A DNA stretch of 64,000 nt from the sequence record PV191315.1. One strand, written 5' to 3'. Source of the stretch: Escherichia phage vB_EcoM-P3322. The notes under the pieces are model-generated. The model saw only the letters and a program-made list of their open reading frames with translations. It was not told where the DNA came from and made no database searches. The position numbers and the translations under genes are program-made. Shown piece by piece: positions 55,331 through 64,000 of the stretch; the stretch's first letter is position 1, and every line of letters starts with the position of its first letter.

Positions 55331-58207
55331 TTACTCGGTAACGTCCACACTAATGTTTGCCATTGTCAAAACAGTAAGTGCAGGAATATTGCTCGAATCC
55401 AAAACAGGTAATGCATTTTGGGGATTAAGTTTTTTGTATAAAGCATACAACCCAAAACCACGTAACAACTCTCCGGCGTGGAAGCCAAAGAAGACTCCGT
55501 TATCACTGTCTGGTCTAGGGGCAGCACTCCAACAACCATTCATAACGTGATTAGGACCAAGAACAATATAATTTTCCTGAATAAGTTCAAAACAGCGATC
55601 TGCTACTATTTTAATGTTAGGAATTTCTGAATCATATCCAGCCATCCCCATTATAGCACATCCCGCCATAAAGAGCGCAGACATGTGACTTGTAAAGTCA
55701 TCTACAGGCGCAGCCACTTCTCCGTTGGGATAAAATATTGTTGGTGTTCTTCCTTCGTTGTTATCTTGGAACCACTTCAGATAATTGATCCAGTTTTTAC
55801 AAACTGTTAAAAGTTTTGCAGGAACTTCTGCTCCTCGTTGCTTCAGTTCGTATACTGTATGACACGCACAGAAGAATGCTCGTGCTTCATAACCATCCCA
55901 AGCTTTATCGTTCCAATGATACATTGTGAACTCATTCTTGTTTCCGTATTTATGAGCATCCCAACGATCCCAAACATAAGCTTGTGCCATTGGCCCAGGC
56001 ATCACAGGGGCAAACTTATTATAAAACCACATTTGTGAATCATATAAAAAGTCTATACTGTTGTTCATACGAACCCAATCAATATCTCTCCCTTTAAAAC
56101 AATATAAGGATGGGTATTGATAACCTGGGTAAGGAATACCACGCCAACCGTCATATAAGGCTGTGTTAGGATCACTGATATTGGAAAATGGAATGATTCC
56201 TGGAGTATAATTCAAACTGTTAAGTTTGTAGTCCAGTATTGTACAATCTCCAAGTTTTGCTGTATAAGGATTTTCAGATGAAACTGTAACCCTGAAATAC
56301 ATTGTGTAATCATCACCAGTGGCTGAAGAATACAAAGATGGGATATCGTTAACGCAATAAAAATCGATTGCCCCTGTCAAGCCATTTGCAGGTTCAGAAT
56401 CCAATGCAATATTGATCTGATCAACAGCAGTCAGGTTTATTGACGAAGGTTTTGCCTCTGTGTCTTCGTGATTAGGTTGCCAAGTACTTAATTTGAAATC
56501 GGCAGGACTTAAAGCTTTAGTAACCCATGCAGAATTTGTTTTTTCTAACATGGCCCACCATCTCCAACCTGCGGAATCCGTAATAGTGATGTTAAAATCA
56601 TCTGCGTATGAACGATACGTAATAGATTTTAAATTGGCTGTTTTAGTTGGTGTTAACCAAAACCCAACAGTAAAACCACCATCTGAATCCATATTAGCAG
56701 AAACTATCTGATCACTATTTGTCCCAGCAATACCAGTTGCATATTTATATTGTATCACAGTATTGCTTCCCCAGTCAACAATAATTCTGGGTTCAGCAAT
56801 AATATATACACCACCTCCAGGAGGTTCGGTGCGCATAAAACTAGATAAAGGTATATCCATCTTAGTCATATTAGCTGCACCAAGAGGTAAGCCACAACGA
56901 TATGTCACTGTGTCTGTTTCACTCTTAGTTTTGCTTAATTCTAGCTCTGGACGGAAAAGAACACCTTCCCCTGCATCATCTACACCTTGAAACTCAATAC
57001 GCAGTTTTGAATTCTGATCTACTCTGAACCAAACTGCCTGTTGTTCTAGAGTTGTTTGTGCTGCAACATCTTGGCGAATTACTGTGTATCCTAACTCGTC
57101 ACGAGAATATTTAGGTATTGCTGTAGATGGGTATGAGTAATCATACGAGATACCATCTGTAAAAGGAATTATTGCTGTCGTAGATCTACGGAAGAATTTA
57201 TCAAACATATCGATGTTTGAGTAGTCTTGACACAACAATAAAGAAGATTGCCAGCAAAGCCAGTATTTTCTCTCTCCTGTGATTTGATACATCAAGTAGT
57301 TTGCATCACACCACCACGTTTCAGCATCGGAAGCATTATCTTGATAGCCTAACTCTACCGGAACGTTTACAGGACGGTTATGCCACATCTCATTACGCTT
57401 AAGCAGATATCCACCGTGTTCTACAGGATTGCATGTAGCGTAGTTGAATTTATAGTCCCCGTTCACAGAAGCATTTTTAAGTTGCACTGTTCCATATTCT
57501 GCAAAGCTATGACCAGTAGATAAAATGTTACCATCCCAATCAACTTTACGTCCTAGACGGTCTATAATCCATTCAACGTCCCACTGATCTCCATATTCTT
57601 TCCAGTTGGTTGAACCATCTGGGTTAGTTGCATAAACTGTTGCGTTAACGGAGTTCCAACCAAGATTGCCATTGAAAGCAAACCAAGCTTTATCTAAGTA
57701 TTCCCCCCAATGCGGTGCACCTTTAGGAATAACAGTCCTTCCGTTAATCCAAGTCATCATGCTACCTTTGAACCCGCCGTGCGTAGGATACCCATCATCT
57801 GTGAGAGGGTAATGTGCTAAACGTGGTTCTTTACCATTGATGATCCAATTGGGACGATATTTAGCTGGAGGATCAGGAATAGGTTGGCCCCCGAAGAAGT
57901 GATCTATATAGGCTTGCCAATACTTCTCGGCAGATTCAAGATATTTTTTATCCCCTGTAGCCAAATATGCATAAGCAAAACCAGTGATAAGCACAGATTG
58001 ACCTTCGGTAGTAGCGTCACCGTTTGGTTGCCCTTCCTGCGCTGTCCAGTTAATAAAGTGTCTGTTGTTCGCCAATACGTTTTGTGGGTTGATAATGTAA
58101 TGCTGAACCGTAGGATCTATGGTAAGCCCAGTATTTCTTTCCAAAAACTGAACCAACCCTTCAATCAACTGAAACGTGTTGTCAATATTGTGCTTAACTC
58201 TTGACAT
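55331..58207 (-). CDS. large virion structural protein (958 aa), aromatic-rich, possible carbohydrate-active domain
   Basis: Trp/Tyr/Asn-rich composition typical of glycan-binding or glycosidase-like tail proteins; unverified. Confidence 0.45.
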   Translation of the reverse strand: MSRVKHNIDNTFQLIEGLVQFLERNTGLTIDPTVQHYIINPQNVLANNRHFINWTAQEGQPNGDATTEGQSVLITGFAYAYLATGDKKYLESAEKYWQAYIDHFFGGQPIPDPPAKYRPNWIINGKEPRLAHYPLTDDGYPTHGGFKGSMMTWINGRTVIPKGAPHWGEYLDKAWFAFNGNLGWNSVNATVYATNPDGSTNWKEYGDQWDVEWIIDRLGRKVDWDGNILSTGHSFAEYGTVQLKNASVNGDYKFNYATCNPVEHGGYLLKRNEMWHNRPVNVPVELGYQDNASDAETWWCDANYLMYQITGERKYWLCWQSSLLLCQDYSNIDMFDKFFRRSTTAIIPFTDGISYDYSYPSTAIPKYSRDELGYTVIRQDVAAQTTLEQQAVWFRVDQNSKLRIEFQGVDDAGEGVLFRPELELSKTKSETDTVTYRCGLPLGAANMTKMDIPLSSFMRTEPPGGGVYIIAEPRIIVDWGSNTVIQYKYATGIAGTNSDQIVSANMDSDGGFTVGFWLTPTKTANLKSITYRSYADDFNITITDSAGWRWWAMLEKTNSAWVTKALSPADFKLSTWQPNHEDTEAKPSSINLTAVDQINIALDSEPANGLTGAIDFYCVNDIPSLYSSATGDDYTMYFRVTVSSENPYTAKLGDCTILDYKLNSLNYTPGIIPFSNISDPNTALYDGWRGIPYPGYQYPSLYCFKGRDIDWVRMNNSIDFLYDSQMWFYNKFAPVMPGPMAQAYVWDRWDAHKYGNKNEFTMYHWNDKAWDGYEARAFFCACHTVYELKQRGAEVPAKLLTVCKNWINYLKWFQDNNEGRTPTIFYPNGEVAAPVDDFTSHMSALFMAGCAIMGMAGYDSEIPNIKIVADRCFELIQENYIVLGPNHVMNGCWSAAPRPDSDNGVFFGFHAGELLRGFGLYALYKKLNPQNALPVLDSSNIPALTVLTMANISVDVTE

Positions 58208-58680
58208 TAAATAACTCCTGCTAAAACTAAGCTACCTGTCCAAGTTGCTCCATTATCATAACTGATAAACTCAAAAGTGTCTGTTGCACCTTGACGATAA
58301 CTCAAAACTGGGGAACGACCAAAACTCCATTTTACAGAAGAAGGCCATACGACTTTATTTGCACCACTTCCTTGACGCAAAGCTAAAGTAAAGTTTAAAA
58401 CTGCATTTGTTGCTACTGGAATATTAGTAAAACTAATTGTGCATGTTGCAGAAGATAAAGTTGCCGAAAAATATTCTGCTGAACTAATATCTAATGCCAA
58501 GGTGCTAGTTACTGTTCCACGTGCATTTAAACGGTTTCTAGTTACCCCTGCACCACTCAACAGCACTTTCAAAGAAGTTTTCTTTGTTATTCCAGCCTGA
58601 TCTGTTACAAAGAAATCTGTATCAGACACAGAGGTTGTTTGTGTAAGATCAGAAATTTTGATCGTAGTTAAATCTGCCAT
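58207..58680 (-). CDS. hypothetical structural protein
   Basis: Track ORF 157 aa; ATGA-type coupling to neighbours. Confidence 0.45.
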   Translation of the reverse strand: MADLTTIKISDLTQTTSVSDTDFFVTDQAGITKKTSLKVLLSGAGVTRNRLNARGTVTSTLALDISSAEYFSATLSSATCTISFTNIPVATNAVLNFTLALRQGSGANKVVWPSSVKWSFGRSPVLSYRQGATDTFEFISYDNGATWTGSLVLAGVI

Positions 58681-59306
58681 TACTCTTCTACTCCTGTCAT
58701 AGCTGTTATACCGAAATTATTGTTTGTAGCTAATGCATCACCTTTTTCGTTAACCATGATTCTTTCCACTGATGACTCTGTAGACCATTCATTCCACCAA
58801 GTAGAGTAGGTATCACGTGGCAAACCAACAAAGTTGATAAAGCGATAAAGTCTATTCGAATTCTCAACAATACTGTAAGCTTCACAAATGATCGCTGCAT
58901 TGTCTTCACCAGCTTCAGGGTAAATAAACTCTTCAGAAGGTTGAGTATTGAATATAGATGTTACTGTATCTGCTCCAACTGTGACCATAACTGTCATTGA
59001 GTAATAACGTTGATCCATGTCATAAGCAGATTTATAACTGTTTATTGTATCTATGTAAACGTTTTTGGCAATCTCTGCTAAAAATATTCTGTCTACAATA
59101 TCTTTCTTTCTAGCAACACCAATAATCTCTTGTAAGTAAGGAACACCGAAGTTAGTATTTAAAAACCACTCCCCACGATACGTGTTCAGAGTTATCCCAA
59201 GAGTTTGTGCTGCAATTTCTGTTCTGGTTGTAGTGAGGACCAAATCCCCATCATCCATGATGAGGTCGTTGTTTGGTCCAAGTTTTAAGTCAAAAGGGAT
59301 TCCCAT
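58680..59306 (-). CDS. baseplate wedge-like protein (gp25/GpW-type region, tentative)
   Basis: 208 aa; N-terminal DDGDLVLTTTRTEIAAQTLGITLNTYRGEWFLNTNFGVPY resembles the small baseplate wedge family. Confidence 0.3.
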   Translation of the reverse strand: MGIPFDLKLGPNNDLIMDDGDLVLTTTRTEIAAQTLGITLNTYRGEWFLNTNFGVPYLQEIIGVARKKDIVDRIFLAEIAKNVYIDTINSYKSAYDMDQRYYSMTVMVTVGADTVTSIFNTQPSEEFIYPEAGEDNAAIICEAYSIVENSNRLYRFINFVGLPRDTYSTWWNEWSTESSVERIMVNEKGDALATNNNFGITAMTGVEE

Positions 59307-59307
59307 G

Positions 59308-60042
59308 TTAGGCTCCTGTTGGTTTTAAGGACTCGGCACTTGAGCTACCGCTCTGAATGTTACGAACCGTGTGCGTGTGAGTATGGAATCCGATGCCATT
59401 ACCATCTGTCATCAAACCGTTCTGATCTATTTTAAGACCATTGATATCTGCCACGCCGCCTTTGAAAGTTAAATTACCACCTTTTAGATCCAAAGTCCCT
59501 GTGCCATCTGTAATAGTAATACCGGAGGTAGTAATATCTATTTTCATCCCTTGACTATTCCATATTGAAATATTACCTGTAGGGTCGAAAGAAGCGTACG
59601 TGTTTTTGTTATTAGAAATAACTACCTTTTCAGAATCTACAGCTTCTGTTGAATCTGTTCCTGTAGCTATTTTGGGAATAAAACAAATAGGGTATAATCC
59701 ACAAGGCTGCATAAAAGTGGATGATGAAGAGGTTTCTCCACTAGTTTGCAGTGCATTAGAAGGATCTCTTTCAGAAAATATAACAGTTCCTAAATCGCCA
59801 GCTTTAATAGGGAATGAGATTCTTCCTGTCCCACCACCATTAACCATAAAAGGAACATCTTCAAAAGTAGGGTAATCTATTTCATCTTCGCTAGATCGTG
59901 TGTTTTTAACAATAGATTCTAAGGTGACAGTCTTAGCACCATAATTAACACCAGTCACACGGACTGGCAGGGCTGTATGGACTTCTGCTAATTGTTCTGT
60001 CATTAAGCCACGCATTGCTGTGACAAAATTCAATGCATCCAT
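59308..60042 (-). CDS. baseplate central spike protein (gpV/gp5-like)
   Basis: 244 aa; OB-fold-like N-terminus, Gly/Thr-rich beta-helix-like repeats, C-terminal HTHTHT as in metal-binding spike apex domains. Confidence 0.4.
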   Translation of the reverse strand: MDALNFVTAMRGLMTEQLAEVHTALPVRVTGVNYGAKTVTLESIVKNTRSSEDEIDYPTFEDVPFMVNGGGTGRISFPIKAGDLGTVIFSERDPSNALQTSGETSSSSTFMQPCGLYPICFIPKIATGTDSTEAVDSEKVVISNNKNTYASFDPTGNISIWNSQGMKIDITTSGITITDGTGTLDLKGGNLTFKGGVADINGLKIDQNGLMTDGNGIGFHTHTHTVRNIQSGSSSAESLKPTGA

Positions 60043-61052
60043 TATTTCTCCTTAGTCATTATTTCAGACACGGATACACACTCCACTTCAGTAACCCACT
60101 CTTTACCCTCTTTATCCCCATTGTGAGAAACAGAAACAACTTTAAACGGACCATCATAATCTCGGCTTTTTAACCAGATTGTTTTTTCTGGTAATATTGC
60201 ACCATTCATTTGGCATTTGAATTTAACACCGTCTGTAGGTTTCTTTGCCTTCTTAGAGGATTTGGTAACTTTTTTAGTAGGTTTTATATCGTTGTGGAAT
60301 GGTTCTGGACTTCCTATCAGACCAGTTTCAGGGCTAATATAGGCGCTACGTGCACTAGACATTTGTGAACGAGGAGTGACATAAACAGATCCATCTTGTA
60401 TTGACACATTGTGATCAATACTTTTACAAATATGTTCTAGGTAATGTGAAGTGTTTCCACACATAGCTGTTGCTGAAGATAAGGTTTGATCATTATCTAC
60501 GTGTATATTACCTTCTGTAGTTCCTAAATCCTTTACCAAATCTGTCACAACACGTTTGATTTTAGTTCCTTTTGGATAACTGCGGCTTGTTCTTGCTTCT
60601 GCAATGTTAATACCGCCATCCAAACAGTGTAAAGTGGTTTTCCTGTCTACCGAGTCAAAAGTATCACTAACCCACTGGATAGTTCCTTTGAAGATCATAA
60701 CCAACTCTTCACCTTCGTATCCTACCGCTAAAGCAACAGCCAAGTTATTTCGGATACCACGGTTTATATAGTTAACAGTATCATCTGAAAGGTTATAAAC
60801 TACAATCTCTGCTTGGTTAGGATCTTTGTTATTATCTTTCTTAATACTGAAGGTTATTTGATGGTCTTGCAACAAATACAAATTAGAAGAGGATTTTTCT
60901 GTTGTCCCTAACTTGGTATCCAAATCTACTGTAGATTTAAATGCCGAGTTCTTAGTTCTCTTCTGTATTGTGTTTGTGGCAGAACCAATTAATAATTTGT
61001 ATGCCCTGTTTAAATTAGGGGCAGGAGCTTTTGTATACTCTCTTTCTGCCAT
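60042..61052 (-). CDS. baseplate hub-like protein (tentative)
   Basis: 336 aa between tail-completion-like genes and spike. Confidence 0.3.
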   Translation of the reverse strand: MAEREYTKAPAPNLNRAYKLLIGSATNTIQKRTKNSAFKSTVDLDTKLGTTEKSSSNLYLLQDHQITFSIKKDNNKDPNQAEIVVYNLSDDTVNYINRGIRNNLAVALAVGYEGEELVMIFKGTIQWVSDTFDSVDRKTTLHCLDGGINIAEARTSRSYPKGTKIKRVVTDLVKDLGTTEGNIHVDNDQTLSSATAMCGNTSHYLEHICKSIDHNVSIQDGSVYVTPRSQMSSARSAYISPETGLIGSPEPFHNDIKPTKKVTKSSKKAKKPTDGVKFKCQMNGAILPEKTIWLKSRDYDGPFKVVSVSHNGDKEGKEWVTEVECVSVSEIMTKEK

Positions 61053-61061
61053 ATTATCTCC

Positions 61062-61475
61062 TTACGCCTGATTAGGTTTGTTATCAATATAAACCAATAC
61101 AAAACGTTTATCTCGACCTGTAGTTGTATACCCAGGACGACCATTAATCTTGACTGTATCTACTATATATAATTGACCATCTGGCACACTTTCAAGATAT
61201 TTATAAGGTTTAAGAAGATCTAAACCATTTGTAACTTTGAAACTTATACTCGGATCATCCCCAGATAATCCCATCTGACATTGCCAAGATTCGTCCCTAG
61301 TGTTCCACCTTAAACGAATGTCATAATCAACCCCATCCAATGTAACTGTATATGTTTGATCAGGGTACTCTTCAGTTTTCAGATACCATGCAAAATAAGT
61401 AGAATGGTCCTCCAGATAAACTGCACTGTAGCCAGTGTTACTTGTAGACCTTGTTGTTTTAGAATAAGTTGTCAC
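61062..61475 (-). CDS. hypothetical tail protein
   Basis: Track ORF 137 aa. Confidence 0.45.
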   Translation of the reverse strand: MTTYSKTTRSTSNTGYSAVYLEDHSTYFAWYLKTEEYPDQTYTVTLDGVDYDIRLRWNTRDESWQCQMGLSGDDPSISFKVTNGLDLLKPYKYLESVPDGQLYIVDTVKINGRPGYTTTGRDKRFVLVYIDNKPNQA

Positions 61476-61477
61476 TA

Positions 61478-62179
61478 TTAACCTCCGTTGTTTGTTGGGG
61501 TATTAGTAGCTTTGCCAGTTCTTACTGTAATATCTGACTTAGGACCATCTGAAGAAACTTGTCCTTTCACATCACCACCAGTTGACTTATTTGGTGCTGT
61601 TTTTACAGCGATAGCGTTAGTAGTGGCCTTAGAGACTAGACGGATTTGTTCGAACTCTAAATCAAATTGCATAGCAAATTCAGATTTATAATCATAAGAG
61701 TAGCCTTTGAGAATAACATTTTCAAAAGTTCTGTGTTCTGTCAAAAGAACTATTGGTTGTCTTGACTCAAATATTTGGTCCAGATATTCTATTGCTTGAG
61801 AAATCCTTGCTCCATTTACACCTGCACTATATAATTGATCTCGCATAAGTCGAATTGGTGTTTCGGTAATTATACCTGAAAGTTTAAATCTGTTATTTTT
61901 TATCTGAACGTGATCGCTTACATCCGATCCTGATTCCACAGGAAAACTTGTAACATCTGCTTCACGAGTTACACCTATTTCAGGGACTGAATCGAAAGTA
62001 ATTGCTTTAAAGTTTTGAATGTATTGATCGCTTGAACTATTATAAACACTTGCTAAAATACAGAAACCATTATCACCCTTTACGGTAGATGCCGAGGTAT
62101 TTTTATTCTCGGTAGAGTTGATTTCCTGTTCTGCCTTGTAGACGGCTCTCACCGACTGTTGTGGAGTCATTGCTGCCAT
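61478..62179 (-). CDS. hypothetical tail protein
   Basis: Track ORF 233 aa; first gene after internal promoter. Confidence 0.45.
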   Translation of the reverse strand: MAAMTPQQSVRAVYKAEQEINSTENKNTSASTVKGDNGFCILASVYNSSSDQYIQNFKAITFDSVPEIGVTREADVTSFPVESGSDVSDHVQIKNNRFKLSGIITETPIRLMRDQLYSAGVNGARISQAIEYLDQIFESRQPIVLLTEHRTFENVILKGYSYDYKSEFAMQFDLEFEQIRLVSKATTNAIAVKTAPNKSTGGDVKGQVSSDGPKSDITVRTGKATNTPTNNGG

Positions 62180-62238
62180 GATAACCTCGTGGTAATGATA
62201 ATGCCAAAAGGAAGATGCAAGATCTTCCCATATTGATT

Positions 62239-62268
62239 ATTGTAACACATATAGAAACTTCGTGTCAA
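62239..62268 (-). promoter_or_regulatory. candidate sigma70-type promoter inside tail module (TTGACA-N18-TACAAT on minus strand)
   Basis: Hexamers read on minus strand just downstream of the tape-measure terminator; inverted repeat GGAAGATCTTGCATCTTCC in the leader. Confidence 0.35.
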
Positions 62269-62276
62269 GGGAAACG

Positions 62277-62298
62277 AAAAAACCCCGCCGAAGCGAGG
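62277..62298 (-). terminator. rho-independent terminator after tape-measure gene (minus strand)
   Basis: On minus strand CCUCGC-UUCG-GCGGGG (one G-U pair) followed by UUUUUU. Confidence 0.5.
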
Positions 62299-62305
62299 TA
62301 TTTTA

Positions 62306-64000
62306 TTAACCACCAGTGTTAGATTGTCCACTTAGAGTTGAAAGAGATAAACGTTGGAAAATACTATTTCCGCTATTTTGAATTCTTGCATCAAGAATAT
62401 TTCCAAACTCTGAAGAAGGGCTGATCGTAACTTTGATAAGATCACTTGGTATTGCTACCGTATTCTCAACAACAGGTTGATTACGAGCCAAACTTACATT
62501 AGGTGTATATGCCGACTGACGTAAATCTTCCAGAGGATTACCAAATCCAAAAGCACGTGTCCTTGTTTGTTCTCCTCTCCACATACGACCAATATCTTGT
62601 GTATCAATACCTGTTAAATTGTACAACCAATCTGCTACAGGATTGCTGTCTCCACTTTGCGTTGCCTCGTATGCTTTTTGTGCCAAAGATTTATTAGGAT
62701 CTGTGTTGTCTCCGAAGGTATCTGGGAATGTTTCTTTAAGCCAATTGGTAAAAGATCCGAAACCATCTCCTAATTCTTTAGCAAAACCACCAAGTTGAAC
62801 TGTTGTTTTACCAAGTTCTTCACCTAAATCTTTGGCGAACTGATCTAGCACTTTAACGTTATCCAACCAAGAATCATCTTTAGGTAAAGCTTTTACAAAA
62901 CCTTCTAAGAAATGGTTCTGCATACCTTGACCTACAAGCTGAACTGTTGCAGCAAAACGAGTAAACTCTTTAGAAGCGTCTATTTGTTCTTGAGTTAATG
63001 TTGCACCTGTTCTTTGAAGCATTTTCAATGTTTCATTGTATCCTTCGCCGTTTTTACTAAACATTCGTTGGTAGTGCATAAGGTCGTCACCAAGGTTTTC
63101 AAGAAGTCGCCCGATTTGAGCAGAGTTCATACCTCGACGCTCACCCTCATTAACAGTAGCCTGAATAAAAGCTAAAGGATCGTTCTGTAAAGGTTTAAGC
63201 TGTTCTGGATTCCATCCAAACAAGTTCATAATGTCGTTTATGCCATTATCACCGCCTTTCCACTTCCCTTCTTTCTCATTCCATTTTGAGGCTAAAACTG
63301 TATTACCAAGACGTTCACGAACGTCTTTAATATTATCTATTGACTTAATAATATTTGCAGAGTCTACACCGTTCTGTTCACCCCAAGCTGTCATCGTTAA
63401 AATAGAGTTGGCGTTTGTCTGAACGTTTTCAGCGCCACGGCTTACAAGTTTAATTCTTTCGTTAGTATTCATCAAAGTGTTACCAACTACAGAACCACCT
63501 GCAAACAGTCCAGCACCGATCAAAGAGGATGCAATCATGCGTGGATTAAGACCTGCTGCACCTTCTTTTAATTGTCCATATCGACGATCACGATCACGTT
63601 TTTGTTGAGCTAATTCACGCTTACGGTTGCGTTCTATATCTCTAAGTTCACGATTTCGCATACGTATACGCATTTTAGCTTCTGCTTCTAGCTCTCTACG
63701 AATACGGCGACGACCGCGAACCTCGTCTTCTATTTCAGCATTCTTTTCACGATGAGATCTGCGTAAAGCATCCAACTGGTGAGCAAGAGCTTGGTTCATA
63801 CGTTGAAGAGTTATTTCACCCTTTTTGTATTGCTCTACAGCTTTACCCATAACGTCTCTAGCTTCTTGCATAGCGCCAGGACTAGCTTTACTAAATGCTC
63901 TTGCTCGATAGTTAAAGTTCTGCAAACGAAGATTACCTAAATCTTCCCTACGTGCTGCTGCTTTAGCTTCGCGTTCAGCAGCTTTACGAGCTTTTTCTTC
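62306..64000 (-). CDS. tail tape measure protein, N-terminal part beyond window
   Basis: Track ORF 62306..63925 begins at an internal TTG; frame stays open to 64000; Arg/Glu/Lys-rich coiled-coil stretches and Gly-rich hydrophobic segment IASSLIGAGLFAGG; sits upstream of baseplate genes. Confidence 0.45.
   Translation of the reverse strand, partial: EEKARKAAEREAKAAARREDLGNLRLQNFNYRARAFSKASPGAMQEARDVMGKAVEQYKKGEITLQRMNQALAHQLDALRRSHREKNAEIEDEVRGRRRIRRELEAEAKMRIRMRNRELRDIERNRKRELAQQKRDRDRRYGQLKEGAAGLNPRMIASSLIGAGLFAGGSVVGNTLMNTNERIKLVSRGAENVQTNANSILTMTAWGEQNGVDSANIIKSIDNIKDVRERLGNTVLASKWNEKEGKWKGGDNGINDIMNLFGWNPEQLKPLQNDPLAFIQATVNEGERRGMNSAQIGRLLENLGDDLMHYQRMFSKNGEGYNETLKMLQRTGATLTQEQIDASKEFTRFAATVQLVGQGMQNHFLEGFVKALPKDDSWLDNVKVLDQFAKDLGEELGKTTVQLGGFAKELGDGFGSFTNWLKETFPDTFGDNTDPNKSLAQKAYEATQSGDSNPVADWLYNLTGIDTQDIGRMWRGEQTRTRAFGFGNPLEDLRQSAYTPNVSLARNQPVVENTVAIPSDLIKVTISPSSEFGNILDARIQNSGNSIFQRLSLSTLSGQSNTGG

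Noticed and set aside
59308-60042. HTHTHT read as a helix-turn-helix DNA-binding cue
   Set aside because: It is a literal His-Thr repeat at the C-terminus of a Gly-rich structural protein, better explained as a metal-binding spike tip.
1-64000. CRISPR arrays, tRNA genes, integrase/repressor or transposase
   Set aside because: No regularly spaced direct repeats, no tRNA-like T-arm/acceptor patterns found by eye in intergenic regions, and no recombinase motifs in any translation. A tRNA scan would be needed to fully exclude tRNAs.

Overview
This window reads as part of a virulent tailed dsDNA phage genome, probably a myovirus-like phage of an enterobacterial host (host inferred from CTG/CGT/GGT codon bias in the most expression-optimised genes and an SSB C-terminal tail identical to the E. 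coli one; no integrase or repressor seen). Nothing here was searched against databases: all calls rest on motifs read from the translations and on signals in the DNA. Layout: (i) 1-2948, a leftward block of small genes on the minus strand, divergent from (ii) 3063-38070, a long plus-strand early/middle region; (iii) a bidirectional terminator at 38103-38132; (iv) 38134-64000, a convergent minus-strand tail/baseplate module running from a tape-measure-like gene (truncated at the right edge) through baseplate genes to at least six large fibre/tailspike-like proteins. The plus-strand region carries a replication and nucleotide-metabolism set (UvrD-like helicase, MazG-like, NrdD/NrdG, T7-type primase-helicase, adenine methyltransferase, family A DNA polymerase, SSB-like protein), a signal-peptide SleB-like endolysin and four glycosyltransferase-like genes. 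The most interesting content is a phage-borne set of Ter-type genes (HAD phosphatase, phosphoribosyltransferase, macro domain, TerC, TelA-like, vWA/TerY-like, TerD) spread over 15.2-25.0 kb. Other notable points are a minimal CCA/poly(A)-polymerase-type nucleotidyltransferase carrying an SSB-like acidic tail, and an FNR-like box at -41.5 of the nrdDG promoter. Early and middle genes appear to use sigma70-type promoters (TTGACA-N16-18-TAnnnT) and hairpin terminators. Many ORF-track starts are over-extended; starts were re-set where a Shine-Dalgarno and stop/start coupling support it, and five small genes missing from the track were added.
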